DNA of 64,000 nt from a virus (lineage: Duplodnaviria > Caudoviricetes). The notes beneath the pieces are model-generated. The model did not search any database. It was not told the DNA's origin and saw only the letters and a program-made list of their open reading frames with translations. Shown here one piece after another: positions 47,260 to 56,955 of the stretch. The DNA is taken from the IMG/VR virus record IMGVR_UViG_3300011577_000001; one strand, 5' to 3'. Both the position numbers and the translations under genes were made by a program. Numbering within the stretch: position 1 is the first letter of the stretch; each line of letters starts with the position of its first letter.

Positions 47260-49278
47260 TTAGCGGTTCCAGGTCCCGGTGAAGGGAGAGCTGAACAGGC
47301 GCGAGCCTTGTTGCTGACCGCCACCGTAGTTGAAGAAGCCACCAACGTTGTTGGCAACCAGGTGGTTCAGGTCGTAGCCACCACGCTGAGTCAGGACGTT
47401 GTTATCGTCCAGGCCCTTGGCAGGACGCACGTTCAGACCGCAACGTACGATTGCTTCGGACAGCGCGTCCATGAAGGCGTTGTCGAACGACACGCGACGA
47501 GCGAAGCCCTTGACGTGGATTTCCGAGGCCAGGAGCTGGCGCAGGATTTCCTTGCGCTGAGCCAGGCGGATTTCCAGCGGGACCTGCACGTTGCGGTGGG
47601 TTTCTTCCCAGGCTTCGACCAGTTTCGGGTTGGTCTTGCCAGCCAGGTTGAGGATGGCCAGGTAGTCGATTTCACGCAGGTCACGACGATTGCCTTCGCG
47701 ATCGTAGTAGAAGCCCAGGTGGATGCGATCCTGATCGTCGTAGCAAACCGGCTTGGTCGCGTCGAACAGTTGCTGGAAGTGACCCATGGTCAGGTTGTTG
47801 GCCGCTTGCAGGATGGCCAGACGAGCGTTCTCGTCGCCGTTGGCGGCGGCGATGTAGGTCTGGTGAATCCAGGACAGCTCGCCAACCTCGGCGATGTCGA
47901 GGGTGAAGATCAGCTTCGGCGCGATCAGGGTGTTGATGAGCTGGCGCATTTCGTTGTCACCGAAGTCGGCGGAACGAGTCGGCAGTGCATCAGGCTTGGC
48001 GTTCGGGTCACCGGTCAGGTTGACTTCGTAGCCGACAGCACCCAGGTCTTTCAGATCGACGTCGGTAGCCTTGCCCTTGTTGGCGCGCCAGGTACCGGTG
48101 TACAGCGCGTTGCGGTTCAGACCGAAGGCGGTAGACAGGGTCAGCAGTTGCAGTTCCATGTTCACGGCGTCGGTCAGGGTGTCGACCGAGGTCATCACCA
48201 GACGCGGCTGGTACATCTGAGTCGCCATCATTTGCTGCTGGCCGAACATACCGAAGGCGTTCTGCTGCGGCTGGAAGCCCGCTTGTGCCGGTTGGTACAT
48301 CAGGTCAACGTACGCACCCACGCGGGTGAGCTGACGGGTTTGTTGCAGGCTGAACTGCGAGTCGGCTTGGGACTGCGCGGACATGGTGACGATGATGTCT
48401 TCACGTACCGGCATGCCAACCAGGTCTTCGCCGTGCTGACGAGTGAACTCGACACGCGCGCTCAGTTGGTCACCAGCGCCGACTTCGCCCAGGGTGAACG
48501 GCTCTTCGGTGCCGCCGAGCTGGTTGTCCATGATGGTGTAGCAGGCCTGGGTGCTGTTGTGCAGCAGGCGGTTGAAGCGGTTCTCGGTGCTGACTTCGGC
48601 TTCGGCCGGGATCACGATGCCACCGGCGTCGTGGACCTGAGCGTTCATGCCGTAGGTGTTGATGACGAACTGCTCCAGAACTTGCCAGTACGACTTGTTC
48701 AGGTAGATGTCACCCGGTACGATGTCGACTTCGACGGTGGTGCCGCCCAGGTTGACGCTGTTCGGGTCCAGCGGCGCACCGCTCGATTCGATCAGCATGC
48801 TGTAGACCGCGATGTGGTCTTGGCCCTGGAAGTTCTCGTGGTAGCAGACCAGGATGCTGGAGAAGGTCACCTTGGACTGGTTGTTGTCCAGTACCAGGAT
48901 GTTGAATTCCTTCTTCTGCTGTTCGGTCAGCACTTTGGCGGCGCGTTCTTTCAGACCGGTCTGGATGGTCTGCACGTCTTCGCCGGACATGTTACGAGGA
49001 ACCGGACGGCGGTGGTTGGCGTTGACGTCGAGGACCGAACGGCCACGGCTGCCGACGCGAGAGTTTTGCTGGTTCATCTGAGCACCTGCGTTGAAAGGTT
49101 GTTGCGGTTGAGCGTTACCGCCAGTCGGCTGTTGCTGACCACCGGCTGGTTGTTGTGCTTGCTGGGTCTGATCAGCACCCTGCGGATTGAGGCCTGCTTT
49201 CAGCATGGCTTCTGCCATTGCGCTGTTCGCAGGTTGGTTCGACTGGCTCTGGCCAGGTTGGTTACGTTTGACGGACAT
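47260..49278 (-). CDS. chmA: Chimallin (phage nuclear shell protein)
   Basis: About 672 aa directly upstream of the nvRNAP catalytic gene; Q-rich N-terminus, GMPVREDI, HLGFY...G..RDLREIDYLA; strongly biased codons; SD AAGGA. Confidence 0.88.
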   Translation of the reverse strand: MSVKRNQPGQSQSNQPANSAMAEAMLKAGLNPQGADQTQQAQQPAGGQQQPTGGNAQPQQPFNAGAQMNQQNSRVGSRGRSVLDVNANHRRPVPRNMSGEDVQTIQTGLKERAAKVLTEQQKKEFNILVLDNNQSKVTFSSILVCYHENFQGQDHIAVYSMLIESSGAPLDPNSVNLGGTTVEVDIVPGDIYLNKSYWQVLEQFVINTYGMNAQVHDAGGIVIPAEAEVSTENRFNRLLHNSTQACYTIMDNQLGGTEEPFTLGEVGAGDQLSARVEFTRQHGEDLVGMPVREDIIVTMSAQSQADSQFSLQQTRQLTRVGAYVDLMYQPAQAGFQPQQNAFGMFGQQQMMATQMYQPRLVMTSVDTLTDAVNMELQLLTLSTAFGLNRNALYTGTWRANKGKATDVDLKDLGAVGYEVNLTGDPNAKPDALPTRSADFGDNEMRQLINTLIAPKLIFTLDIAEVGELSWIHQTYIAAANGDENARLAILQAANNLTMGHFQQLFDATKPVCYDDQDRIHLGFYYDREGNRRDLREIDYLAILNLAGKTNPKLVEAWEETHRNVQVPLEIRLAQRKEILRQLLASEIHVKGFARRVSFDNAFMDALSEAIVRCGLNVRPAKGLDDNNVLTQRGGYDLNHLVANNVGGFFNYGGGQQQGSRLFSSPFTGTWNR

Positions 49279-49358
49279 CTCGTGTTCCTTTTCATTGGGG
49301 TTGAGCACTACGACACACCATTTGCCTATGCTCTATTTATTTACATTGGGCATGGTGT

Positions 49359-49378
49359 CACTTAGGTAATATGTGGGT
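49359..49378 (-). promoter_or_regulatory. Early promoter of chmA
   Basis: ACCCACATATTACCTAAGTG with upstream GATTCAAA. Confidence 0.7.
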
Positions 49379-49498
49379 CAAATCGCTTTGAATCCAATAC
49401 CACCAACCGGTTACAAAGATCATGCGCCCATAACGCTAAGTGCCGAAGCACCTAGTTGAGAGCATTCTCCTATAACATAGTGCAGTGTATGTAAGAAA

Positions 49499-49795
49499 TT
49501 ACTTTATCCTTACATTGCTGATCAGCGAGTACACGTTAAGTCCTTTCGCCTTTGCAGCTTTTCGAGCTTCCATCTCGGCAGGTAGTTCGAAGGTTTGCTT
49601 GGAGTCAAACACAAACTCCGTGATATCGTGCCCACGGTTATTGCTGATTCCCAACGTCACCCGACGCTCGAACTTCTTCCGGGTCTTCGCAACGGCCTTC
49701 GCCGGTTCCGAGGCAGCAGGAGTTTGTCCAGTAGTACGGGCAATCTCCAAACGCAGCGCTGCTTCGAAATCCGAGAGTTCTTTGCTAACAACCAT
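49499..49795 (-). CDS. Small basic hypothetical protein
   Basis: 98 aa; SD TAAGGAG. Confidence 0.7.
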   Translation of the reverse strand: MVVSKELSDFEAALRLEIARTTGQTPAASEPAKAVAKTRKKFERRVTLGISNNRGHDITEFVFDSKQTFELPAEMEARKAAKAKGLNVYSLISNVRIK

Positions 49796-49848
49796 GGTTC
49801 AACTCCTTAGTTGAAAAAAGTTTATAAGACAGATTACCTAGTGTCTGT

Positions 49849-49868
49849 CACGTGGATATTATGTATTT
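49849..49868 (-). promoter_or_regulatory. Early promoter (variant)
   Basis: AAATACATAATATCCACGTG. Confidence 0.55.
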
Positions 49869-49904
49869 GAAATTCCTTTTAATCAACTCTAAAGGGCCGC
49901 CCCA

Positions 49905-51005
49905 ATGTACAGCCTTTTCAATGAACCGATCTGGGGTACGCAAGGTGCTAACATTACCTTCCCCAAGTATCAGCGCGCTATTCAGGGGCTGCGCCAGAAT
50001 CTCGAGAAGGTGATCGAGTACAACCGTACCTATCCACGTGCTGTTGATAGTGGTCACTTCCTCGTGAAATTGCTGCAATCCCTTAACGTACCATTATCCA
50101 TGGACGTCAACATTTACAGGGACCGGGTTGAAGAAGCGGCTGAAGGCGCCAGTATGGCGTTCAACATGACCTCTTCATTATACAGGGGTCGCGTGTTCAG
50201 TCCAGGACTTTTCTATGGGCCGGGGTCTTACGAGATCGTGATTGCCCACTCAGAAGAATTCGATCTGCGGGGAATCGAAGACAACTGGGAAGACTTATGT
50301 CCTGTGACGTTCCTGACCCATCCCAAAACTGACCTTGGCATGGACACACCCATCGGCTTCCAAACCAACGGCGAGGAAGGTCTGACCATTGTGTTGGTCA
50401 ACATCCCGATGCTGGCGGTTCAGTACCGGATGTGGCGTATCCGAGAATGGCACCAGAACAATGAAGCCCAACGGACGATCATGCAGTTCATGTCTTCGTA
50501 TCCGTTGAACAACGCTTTACATTCCCAGCTAGACTTGGCGATCCTCAACCGGTTCATGGCGGTTTACCGTGGTGATCCTCGAGGAATGTCCATGGTTCGA
50601 AAACCCTACACCCTGACACGCTGGGAAGCAGAGTTGGACTTTGGTCTGGACCAGTACGCCGAGGACTTGCAGAAACGTAAGTACACCTTCGATCACTTCC
50701 TCTCTGTGTTCAAGGGAGTGTCGTCGTGGACCCTGCGTGATGCTATTCGTATTCCTCGGATGGTACCAACCCGACAGGTTACTTGGGCGTTGGCAATGTC
50801 CAGGGCTCGTGTAGTGGACTTCCTGTTGGATTGGACCAAAGAGAACAACGTTGACCGCAACAAAGGTTACTGTAACGACATCCAGTTGGAGACTTCCAGA
50901 ATGCTCAATGACAGTGCTCTTCGCAGTTCCCTCCCGCGCTGGGCATATCCGGCATGGGAAGACCTCTTTAAAGAGATCGTCGCCAAAGCTAAAAGCGTCC
51001 GCTAG
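49905..51005 (+). CDS. Conserved core protein (phiKZ gp52-like)
   Basis: 366 aa, opposite strand between the polymerase and chimallin genes; synteny. Confidence 0.65.
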   Translation: MYSLFNEPIWGTQGANITFPKYQRAIQGLRQNLEKVIEYNRTYPRAVDSGHFLVKLLQSLNVPLSMDVNIYRDRVEEAAEGASMAFNMTSSLYRGRVFSPGLFYGPGSYEIVIAHSEEFDLRGIEDNWEDLCPVTFLTHPKTDLGMDTPIGFQTNGEEGLTIVLVNIPMLAVQYRMWRIREWHQNNEAQRTIMQFMSSYPLNNALHSQLDLAILNRFMAVYRGDPRGMSMVRKPYTLTRWEAELDFGLDQYAEDLQKRKYTFDHFLSVFKGVSSWTLRDAIRIPRMVPTRQVTWALAMSRARVVDFLLDWTKENNVDRNKGYCNDIQLETSRMLNDSALRSSLPRWAYPAWEDLFKEIVAKAKSVR

Positions 51006-51006
51006 A

Positions 51007-51050
51007 GAAACGGGGAAGCCGCAAGGCCTCCCCGTTTCCCTTTATGCCGC
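51007..51050. terminator. Terminator between convergent genes
   Basis: GAAACGGGGA.GCC-GCAA-GGC.TCCCCGTTTC. Confidence 0.75.
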
Positions 51051-53270
51051 GGTAGACGCTGGAACAAAGTCCGAAACCAACTTGGTATTATTGTCGTTAG
51101 ACAAGAACACGCCGAGCGATTCCAAGATCAGATAGAACGGTCGGACTGTAGAGTATACCAGTTTGCGAATGTTCATTGCTGACAGCACTTCTTTTGGTAG
51201 ACCTGTCAACTCCACTACGTCCTTAGGCAGCAGCAACGTGGTAGCGTTGGTTTTGCCAGCGTAAGTCGCAGTAAGGGTTTCTTTGATCTGCGGATCTTCG
51301 ATACCATCCAACCAGAGTTGCAGTGCCGTTTTGTTCGGCAGGTCGAGGGATACCTTGATCGCTTGGTACGGCGGCTTTGGAGCCTCGCCGTATTTTGGAC
51401 GGAACACTCGCTCCCACAGGAGGTAGTGTTGGTATGGTGACTGGCCTGGGTTTGCATAAGCAGCCGGGTCTTTCACCGAAGTCCGTGCCAGGTAAGTCGA
51501 TTCAGCACGCATCACAGAACCGATAATGCCGTGTTCGATATCTGCCACACGTTGCATGATCTCGGTGATGCTGATCTTCTTACCGTCGATTACAGTATCC
51601 ATGATCTCGCACATGGTGGCCGTAACCTGTTTCATGATTGCTGGAGGACAGTTCGAGTCTTTGAGGTAAACCCCTTTGATCTCTTCTTCCAACTCAGCAA
51701 ACACGTTCCCTTCTTTGGCTGCCTTGTAGGCGTAGTAATGCTTAGCCATCGAAGTCAGCGAGAACACCGAGAAAGCAAACTCGTTCTTCATCGCCAGTAC
51801 GTTCAGCTTGTCTGGTACCACACCGAGTGTAGTCGACAGCATAGCCAACACGTGGATGATCGACTGCGTAGCCAGGTAAACCATGGTGTAGTCCACGGCA
51901 AAAGCGGTTTCGCTAAAGTCAATCTTACCGGTGTACCACTCAACCCAGTTCTGCACGGTGAAGATCGTGGAGTCTGTGTCGGAGGTGATCGCAACGTGAC
52001 GGACAGAATCTCGAATCCATGCAACCGAAGCAGGCATGTTGTCGGATACCCAAAACGCTTTGATCAGGTACTGGTAGTCGTTCAGTACAGCGTGGATGTT
52101 CTTGATGGTCGCACCGATCAAGCAGTAGTTCGCAGGATTGACTTCCAACAAACGACCCAGACCCAAGCCTTGTAGCTCCTTAGCGCACAGGAGGCTCACA
52201 AACGCTTTTAAGTCTGCATCCATACCCTTGACATAGACTTTCGCTTCTTCAAGCTCCAGCGGCACCTCAGCCTTCATAGAGAGGCGTGCCATGAACACCC
52301 GCATTGGTCCGTCGTTGTACTTCGCTAGATGCCAGCAATCGCCGACATACGCAAAGGCCGAACGTTGCAGATCGTTCATCCCTTCAACCAGCTTACGGAT
52401 TTCCGCAATCTGACTTTTGTTGTTCCAGTAGTGGTGGGTGGAGTACAGGATCAGCTCCATGACTTCATCCACGGTCGGAGCACGGAAACCGTACAGCGAC
52501 ATGGCTTTCTCGATCAACTCATAGTCAACATGACCAATGATGCTGACGATGTTAGCCTTCACTACATCAGGACACCAGTAGTGACGGTTACCGGCCAAGA
52601 ACTTCTCGTTGTTGGCGTTCCCCAAACTGGTAGCCACTCGACAGGTCGAAGTCAGGCTCGAGTGAGCAGACTTGTTGTGCAGAATGGTGGAGGTCGACGC
52701 CTGTGCCCCGGACAGACTGTTGTTGGCAATCTTGTACGTAGTCTGTTCGTTCTCCTTGAGTTCCGCCAGTTCTTCCATCTGAGTGGCGTGTCTGCGAAAC
52801 TTTGCCGCGGCAACGGTATCGCCTGATTTCTCAGCCTCGGCTGCTTTCAGGTTCGATTCTTGTTGCTCCATCTGTGCATTGTGACCTTCCTTCTTCACAG
52901 CACCCCGGCCGACGATGTTACCGGTGATGTATTCCGACAACAGGGACGGAATAACGTCTGGGTGTTCGTACACAGTCATGGACGGTGCAAACAACCAGTT
53001 GTTGTCCTTGATGTCCTTGAGGTAAGTTGAGTAGGTCATCTCCGTACGCTCACGGTCACCGACTTTGTTGCGGTGCAGGCAGTACAGAGCTGGGTCTTTG
53101 ATCTCGAATTTACCACCAGGACCTGTCACGCGATGAATGTAAGCCTGACAGTCTTCCAACGGCTTCCCCGTACGGACATGCAAGAATATCGCCATGTCTC
53201 GACGGTAGTTAGCCAGAATATCGAGGTCTCGCTTATAAGCGGACGCTGGCTTGATGAAATGGTTTTCCAT
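51042..53270 (-). CDS. Split family-B DNA polymerase, polymerase subunit (phiKZ gp50-like)
   Basis: Motif B KIANNSLSG, motif C SDTDS, KHYY..KGV. Confidence 0.88.
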   Translation of the reverse strand: MENHFIKPASAYKRDLDILANYRRDMAIFLHVRTGKPLEDCQAYIHRVTGPGGKFEIKDPALYCLHRNKVGDRERTEMTYSTYLKDIKDNNWLFAPSMTVYEHPDVIPSLLSEYITGNIVGRGAVKKEGHNAQMEQQESNLKAAEAEKSGDTVAAAKFRRHATQMEELAELKENEQTTYKIANNSLSGAQASTSTILHNKSAHSSLTSTCRVATSLGNANNEKFLAGNRHYWCPDVVKANIVSIIGHVDYELIEKAMSLYGFRAPTVDEVMELILYSTHHYWNNKSQIAEIRKLVEGMNDLQRSAFAYVGDCWHLAKYNDGPMRVFMARLSMKAEVPLELEEAKVYVKGMDADLKAFVSLLCAKELQGLGLGRLLEVNPANYCLIGATIKNIHAVLNDYQYLIKAFWVSDNMPASVAWIRDSVRHVAITSDTDSTIFTVQNWVEWYTGKIDFSETAFAVDYTMVYLATQSIIHVLAMLSTTLGVVPDKLNVLAMKNEFAFSVFSLTSMAKHYYAYKAAKEGNVFAELEEEIKGVYLKDSNCPPAIMKQVTATMCEIMDTVIDGKKISITEIMQRVADIEHGIIGSVMRAESTYLARTSVKDPAAYANPGQSPYQHYLLWERVFRPKYGEAPKPPYQAIKVSLDLPNKTALQLWLDGIEDPQIKETLTATYAGKTNATTLLLPKDVVELTGLPKEVLSAMNIRKLVYSTVRPFYLILESLGVFLSNDNNTKLVSDFVPASTAA

Positions 53271-53362
53271 TAGTGCTCCCGAAAGCGGTAGTCCCACATT
53301 CTATTACCCACGGACAGATTTAAATACAGACGTCATAAAAGGAGGCCGAAGCCTCCCTCTAT

Positions 53363-53980
53363 TTATTCCTCAGCGGAACCTTCTTGCTCTGCAACCACAT
53401 TCGCCATATCGACGTTGATGGTCCACTCTTCGAAGAGCTTGCCGATGTGGGCTTTCTCTTCTTCGGTGCGTTGGGCAGGTTGGTTCACGATCACTTCTTT
53501 CAGTGGGAACGGGAACTTTGGCAGCTCGGTCCCTTCGGACTTCACTTCCAGATCAATCTTGATCCATGGGTGACGCTCACCGCTCTGGGTGGTATACACG
53601 TCCACTTCCCATTTCAGGTCGGTACCTTCGATGTTGAAGAAGTACCGGGTCTTGTTCAGGCCTTTGTCGGCGAACATGCGGAAGAGATCGAAGTAGTCCT
53701 TGGTGCAGATCTGTTCGACTTCCCGCTTACCGAGTTCGGCGGAGAACTTGGCCTTGACGCACATGTGGTACACGTTGTCGTTGATGGCCCGTACGCGACA
53801 CTGAGCGAAGTTACCCTCACCACGATCGCGGTAAGATTCCCATTGCTCTTGTTTCTCCTGGCCGTCGGCCTGTTCCAGGAAACTCCAATCCTCTACACGA
53901 GCAAAGAACGTGTATTCGATTTCTTGTTGGACTTGCCCGTTGGCTTCATCCTCGAGCGAAATCCTCAAACGCTTCAACAT
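53363..53980 (-). CDS. CYTH/triphosphate-tunnel protein with N-terminal S-L-E site
   Basis: EIEYTF, RVR, KTRY, WEVDVY, IDLEV; N-terminus MLKRLRISLED. Confidence 0.75.
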   Translation of the reverse strand: MLKRLRISLEDEANGQVQQEIEYTFFARVEDWSFLEQADGQEKQEQWESYRDRGEGNFAQCRVRAINDNVYHMCVKAKFSAELGKREVEQICTKDYFDLFRMFADKGLNKTRYFFNIEGTDLKWEVDVYTTQSGERHPWIKIDLEVKSEGTELPKFPFPLKEVIVNQPAQRTEEEKAHIGKLFEEWTINVDMANVVAEQEGSAEE

Positions 53981-54028
53981 TGTCCATCCCTCGCAAAAAA
54001 AAAAAGAGCTAGGGCCGAAGCCCTGTAC

Positions 54029-54442
54029 TCAGAGTGGTTTCGCCGACAGTTCCACGTGATCGTATCCGTTCGCCGCCAACAACGCCAGGATGTGCTCGTA
54101 GTCATCAGGTTTGACTTGAGAGATCTTGGCGTAGAGGGTTTCGAAGTTCATGGATACGATGGTGGATTCCCTGATCCATGGCAAGCCGAGGATTTCGAAC
54201 TCGCCAGAGGGATGTTGAATGCGCACGTACATGTACGCAGTCGGATCGTCCGGCGTACCGGCTGGGAGTGAGGGATAAACGTTGACGTGTTTCTCCTGCA
54301 CGCTGAGCCCCAGAGCACGAGCCGTGGTGTCGTCGATGATGCCCAACACTTTCACGTTCTTGTAGCTCGAAGGGAGCGCAGCGGCAGGGTAGACTGAAAA
54401 CGAGACAGTGCTCTTGGGGATCAGTAAGTCCTGGGTAGCCAT
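54029..54442 (-). CDS. Conserved small protein (phiKZ gp49-like)
   Basis: HVNVYPSLPAGTPDDP..Y..GLPWI. Confidence 0.65.
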   Translation of the reverse strand: MATQDLLIPKSTVSFSVYPAAALPSSYKNVKVLGIIDDTTARALGLSVQEKHVNVYPSLPAGTPDDPTAYMYVRIQHPSGEFEILGLPWIRESTIVSMNFETLYAKISQVKPDDYEHILALLAANGYDHVELSAKPL

Positions 54443-54789
54443 GGGAAGTAGGTCTCCTTGAACTCGACGAAGATCAAGCCTCGTCCGTTCAATACTTTAA
54501 TAGAAAGAAGAGGACCTCTTACCATTGATTGCCAGAACCGTTCCCGCCTGATTCCTTCCACCAGATCCCAAAACAACTGGAATTGCTCGTGGTCGTACTC
54601 AGGGATATCGTAGTCATGCGGATCTACGATACCCAGAACAATGCTGATTAGCAGCTCAAGGTATTCAGTGCGCTCTTCATCATAAGGTGTATCCTCATAA
54701 TGATTCCCCTCCAAACAGGAAGAACGCAAAACCCCGTACTGCTTTAGAGCCTCCGCCAGGCTGTGTGACACGAAGGCAACTCGACCCAC
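54421..54789 (-). CDS. Hypothetical protein
   Basis: 122 aa in the early operon. Confidence 0.55.
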   Translation of the reverse strand: MGRVAFVSHSLAEALKQYGVLRSSCLEGNHYEDTPYDEERTEYLELLISIVLGIVDPHDYDIPEYDHEQFQLFWDLVEGIRRERFWQSMVRGPLLSIKVLNGRGLIFVEFKETYFPWLPRTY

Positions 54790-54797
54790 GATGACCT

Positions 54798-55154
54798 CTA
54801 CTTAGTAGCCACCACCATTACGGTCTGGCTAACGAGTGCTTGGAAACGGTAGTTTAACTTACCGGATTCATCGTACAGGCGCATCTGACGCATGCACTTC
54901 TGCAACCCGTTAGCCAGGTTCTGGAGTGCATCCACCATGATGTCACCATCGAACCCTGAACCGCCTTCGCGGAGATTCAGTTCACGGTGCGACTCGATGT
55001 AAGCGGTAAGTGTGTTCATGTTATTACTATCGTGCAAATGATTAATTACATCAGACACGATTGTTTTCAGATCATAGTCCACCACAGACATTCGTGCTAC
55101 GGCGGCTTGGAACTGACTTAAAACATGGACACTGTTGAGAGCACAAGTAAGCAT
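54798..55154 (-). CDS. Hypothetical protein
   Basis: 118 aa; SD GAGGA. Confidence 0.65.
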   Translation of the reverse strand: MLTCALNSVHVLSQFQAAVARMSVVDYDLKTIVSDVINHLHDSNNMNTLTAYIESHRELNLREGGSGFDGDIMVDALQNLANGLQKCMRQMRLYDESGKLNYRFQALVSQTVMVVATK

Positions 55155-55189
55155 GGGAAATCCTCGTCATAAAGCGAGGGCCAATGCCC

Positions 55190-55606
55190 TCATCGAAATG
55201 GTTCAATCAAGATGTTGTTTCCGATCCATCTGCGGATCTCGTGATAACCATAGTTGGGTAGTGGGGTATAGCAGTTAACCATACTTACTACGCGGTCATG
55301 AATTTCACTGGCCAGTGCGGTAAGCTGGTGTATCTCGATAGCCTCACTGTCCGTAAGCTCGGTTTGAGCATTAGGACGGTGTGCTATAAAGTAGTCGGAC
55401 ATGACAGCCAACGTCGACCACATGGTGGGTCGTTTATCAAACGATTGGTTGAGGTCCGACAGGGAGAACGATAACTCGACTAAGCCCTTCACGCTGAGCT
55501 GGTGCTCAGCGAGATAGCTTTCGAGGTGATCGTACTCTTTGACAATTCGTTCGACGGGAACGAGGATATGTTCATTTTGCACGATAACCAATCCTTCCAT
55601 ATCCAC
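55190..55606 (-). CDS. Hypothetical protein
   Basis: 138 aa; SD GAGGAG. Confidence 0.65.
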   Translation of the reverse strand: MDMEGLVIVQNEHILVPVERIVKEYDHLESYLAEHQLSVKGLVELSFSLSDLNQSFDKRPTMWSTLAVMSDYFIAHRPNAQTELTDSEAIEIHQLTALASEIHDRVVSMVNCYTPLPNYGYHEIRRWIGNNILIEPFR

Positions 55607-55626
55607 TCTCCTCAGAGTGTGTCAGG

Positions 55627-56058
55627 TTAGTAGATGTCTATTAAGTACCCGCGATCAGTGTGCTTGAGGTCAAACGACCAATCACGGTTCCGCATCAACT
55701 TGCCAACGTACTGTCTGGCAATGCGACGAGTTAGCCCATACACGTACTCGTAATGCCGAAGCATCCGGTGATCATTGTGAAAGGCATAATACTCGTCGTT
55801 GCACATGTTGTCGACCAACACCTCATCCATCGCCATGACCAGACTTTCGTCGTACGCCATTGGATCGTGGGTCAACTCACCATGTAGCACATTCAGAATG
55901 AAATCTGCCCGACCCATGCCGAGCATGTTCAGAATGCGCTGCTCCATCACTGGAAAATGCGAATCGGGGATATAGATGTACACGATATCTTTCTCAGATG
56001 TCGGTGAGGTATCCAGTAATCCCAAGCTGTCGACGAAGTTCCTCAGGATACCAGTCAC
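55627..56058 (-). CDS. Hypothetical protein
   Basis: 143 aa, overlapping operon gene. Confidence 0.6.
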   Translation of the reverse strand: MTGILRNFVDSLGLLDTSPTSEKDIVYIYIPDSHFPVMEQRILNMLGMGRADFILNVLHGELTHDPMAYDESLVMAMDEVLVDNMCNDEYYAFHNDHRMLRHYEYVYGLTRRIARQYVGKLMRNRDWSFDLKHTDRGYLIDIY

Positions 56059-56500
56059 CTTTGTCCACTCCTTCTTGTATCTGTCGACGCAATACGTCAG
56101 TCGGGTTCTCAGGGCGACTGCGTGCTAGTTGATGGATCACCACGTCTCCGCGTGGGGTCAAATCAAAGTCCCAACTCCAGTCTTCTACTTCCACTTGTAC
56201 CAATGACCACACATACTTCTTAATGGAGTCAATGGCTTCTTCGAGCATATCCTCGACTTGGTCAACAGGAATCCGATCGCTATATGACTGAATGTAGTTG
56301 ACCAAGCTTTGGTAGTTCGACATTACGTTTCCATAGAAAACGTTTTCCACTAACCCGAAGTAGAAACCACTCAGGTCAATGAACTTGGCTTGGGCGCCCA
56401 AGTATTCAGCTAGGCGCCCCTCCAATTGTCTAATGACAGGAGCCCCAGGGATGACAGTTGACGCCACGAGAGTTACTCCAATCCCAAATCCGGTAGTCAC
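55994..56500 (-). CDS. Hypothetical protein
   Basis: 168 aa, overlapping operon gene. Confidence 0.6.
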   Translation of the reverse strand: MTTGFGIGVTLVASTVIPGAPVIRQLEGRLAEYLGAQAKFIDLSGFYFGLVENVFYGNVMSNYQSLVNYIQSYSDRIPVDQVEDMLEEAIDSIKKYVWSLVQVEVEDWSWDFDLTPRGDVVIHQLARSRPENPTDVLRRQIQEGVDKGDWYPEELRRQLGITGYLTDI

Positions 56501-56948
56501 CTTTACGCTCCAGAATCAAGTTATAACCGAACTCCTTGATTTCGAACACATCCCAGCTCGGTTGATCGCCGAAGTACTTACCGAAGATCTGATTGATCAG
56601 ACATTCGATTGGGTCACCAACGGCATCTACAAACATAGCTTTAAATTGCGGATGTAGATATTCATCGTTTGGACACAAGCGAGCCATTGCTCCCGCCCGG
56701 TGGCCACGTTCGATGAACTCTTTCGGGAACGGGCCAAAAGCACGGGTGAGTTTCTTCTCCCGTGTTTCAATCTCCCACCAAGGTAGCCAACTACGCAGTT
56801 GTTGGAGCACCATCGCTTTGGCCAAGAGTATGCACTTTGGCCGTGTTGCTGCCGGGATCAAGTGGTGCGCACCGATCTCCAAGTAGAAGTTATCAAGCCT
56901 GTACTTCAGTTGCAGCGCAATGGTTTCTACTGGATACAAGAAGTTCAT
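56430..56948 (-). CDS. Conserved hypothetical protein
   Basis: 172 aa; SD TGAGG; C-terminal GDYRIWDW. Confidence 0.65.
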   Translation of the reverse strand: MNFLYPVETIALQLKYRLDNFYLEIGAHHLIPAATRPKCILLAKAMVLQQLRSWLPWWEIETREKKLTRAFGPFPKEFIERGHRAGAMARLCPNDEYLHPQFKAMFVDAVGDPIECLINQIFGKYFGDQPSWDVFEIKEFGYNLILERKGDYRIWDWSNSRGVNCHPWGSCH

Positions 56949-56955
56949 GCCAACC

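Noticed and set aside
15-49365. Long antisense ORFs (e.g. 15-1010, 6293-7753, 22591-24240, 36902-38383, 47308-49365)
   Set aside because: They mirror strongly codon-biased genes on the other strand and lack RBSs and motifs; shadow ORFs.
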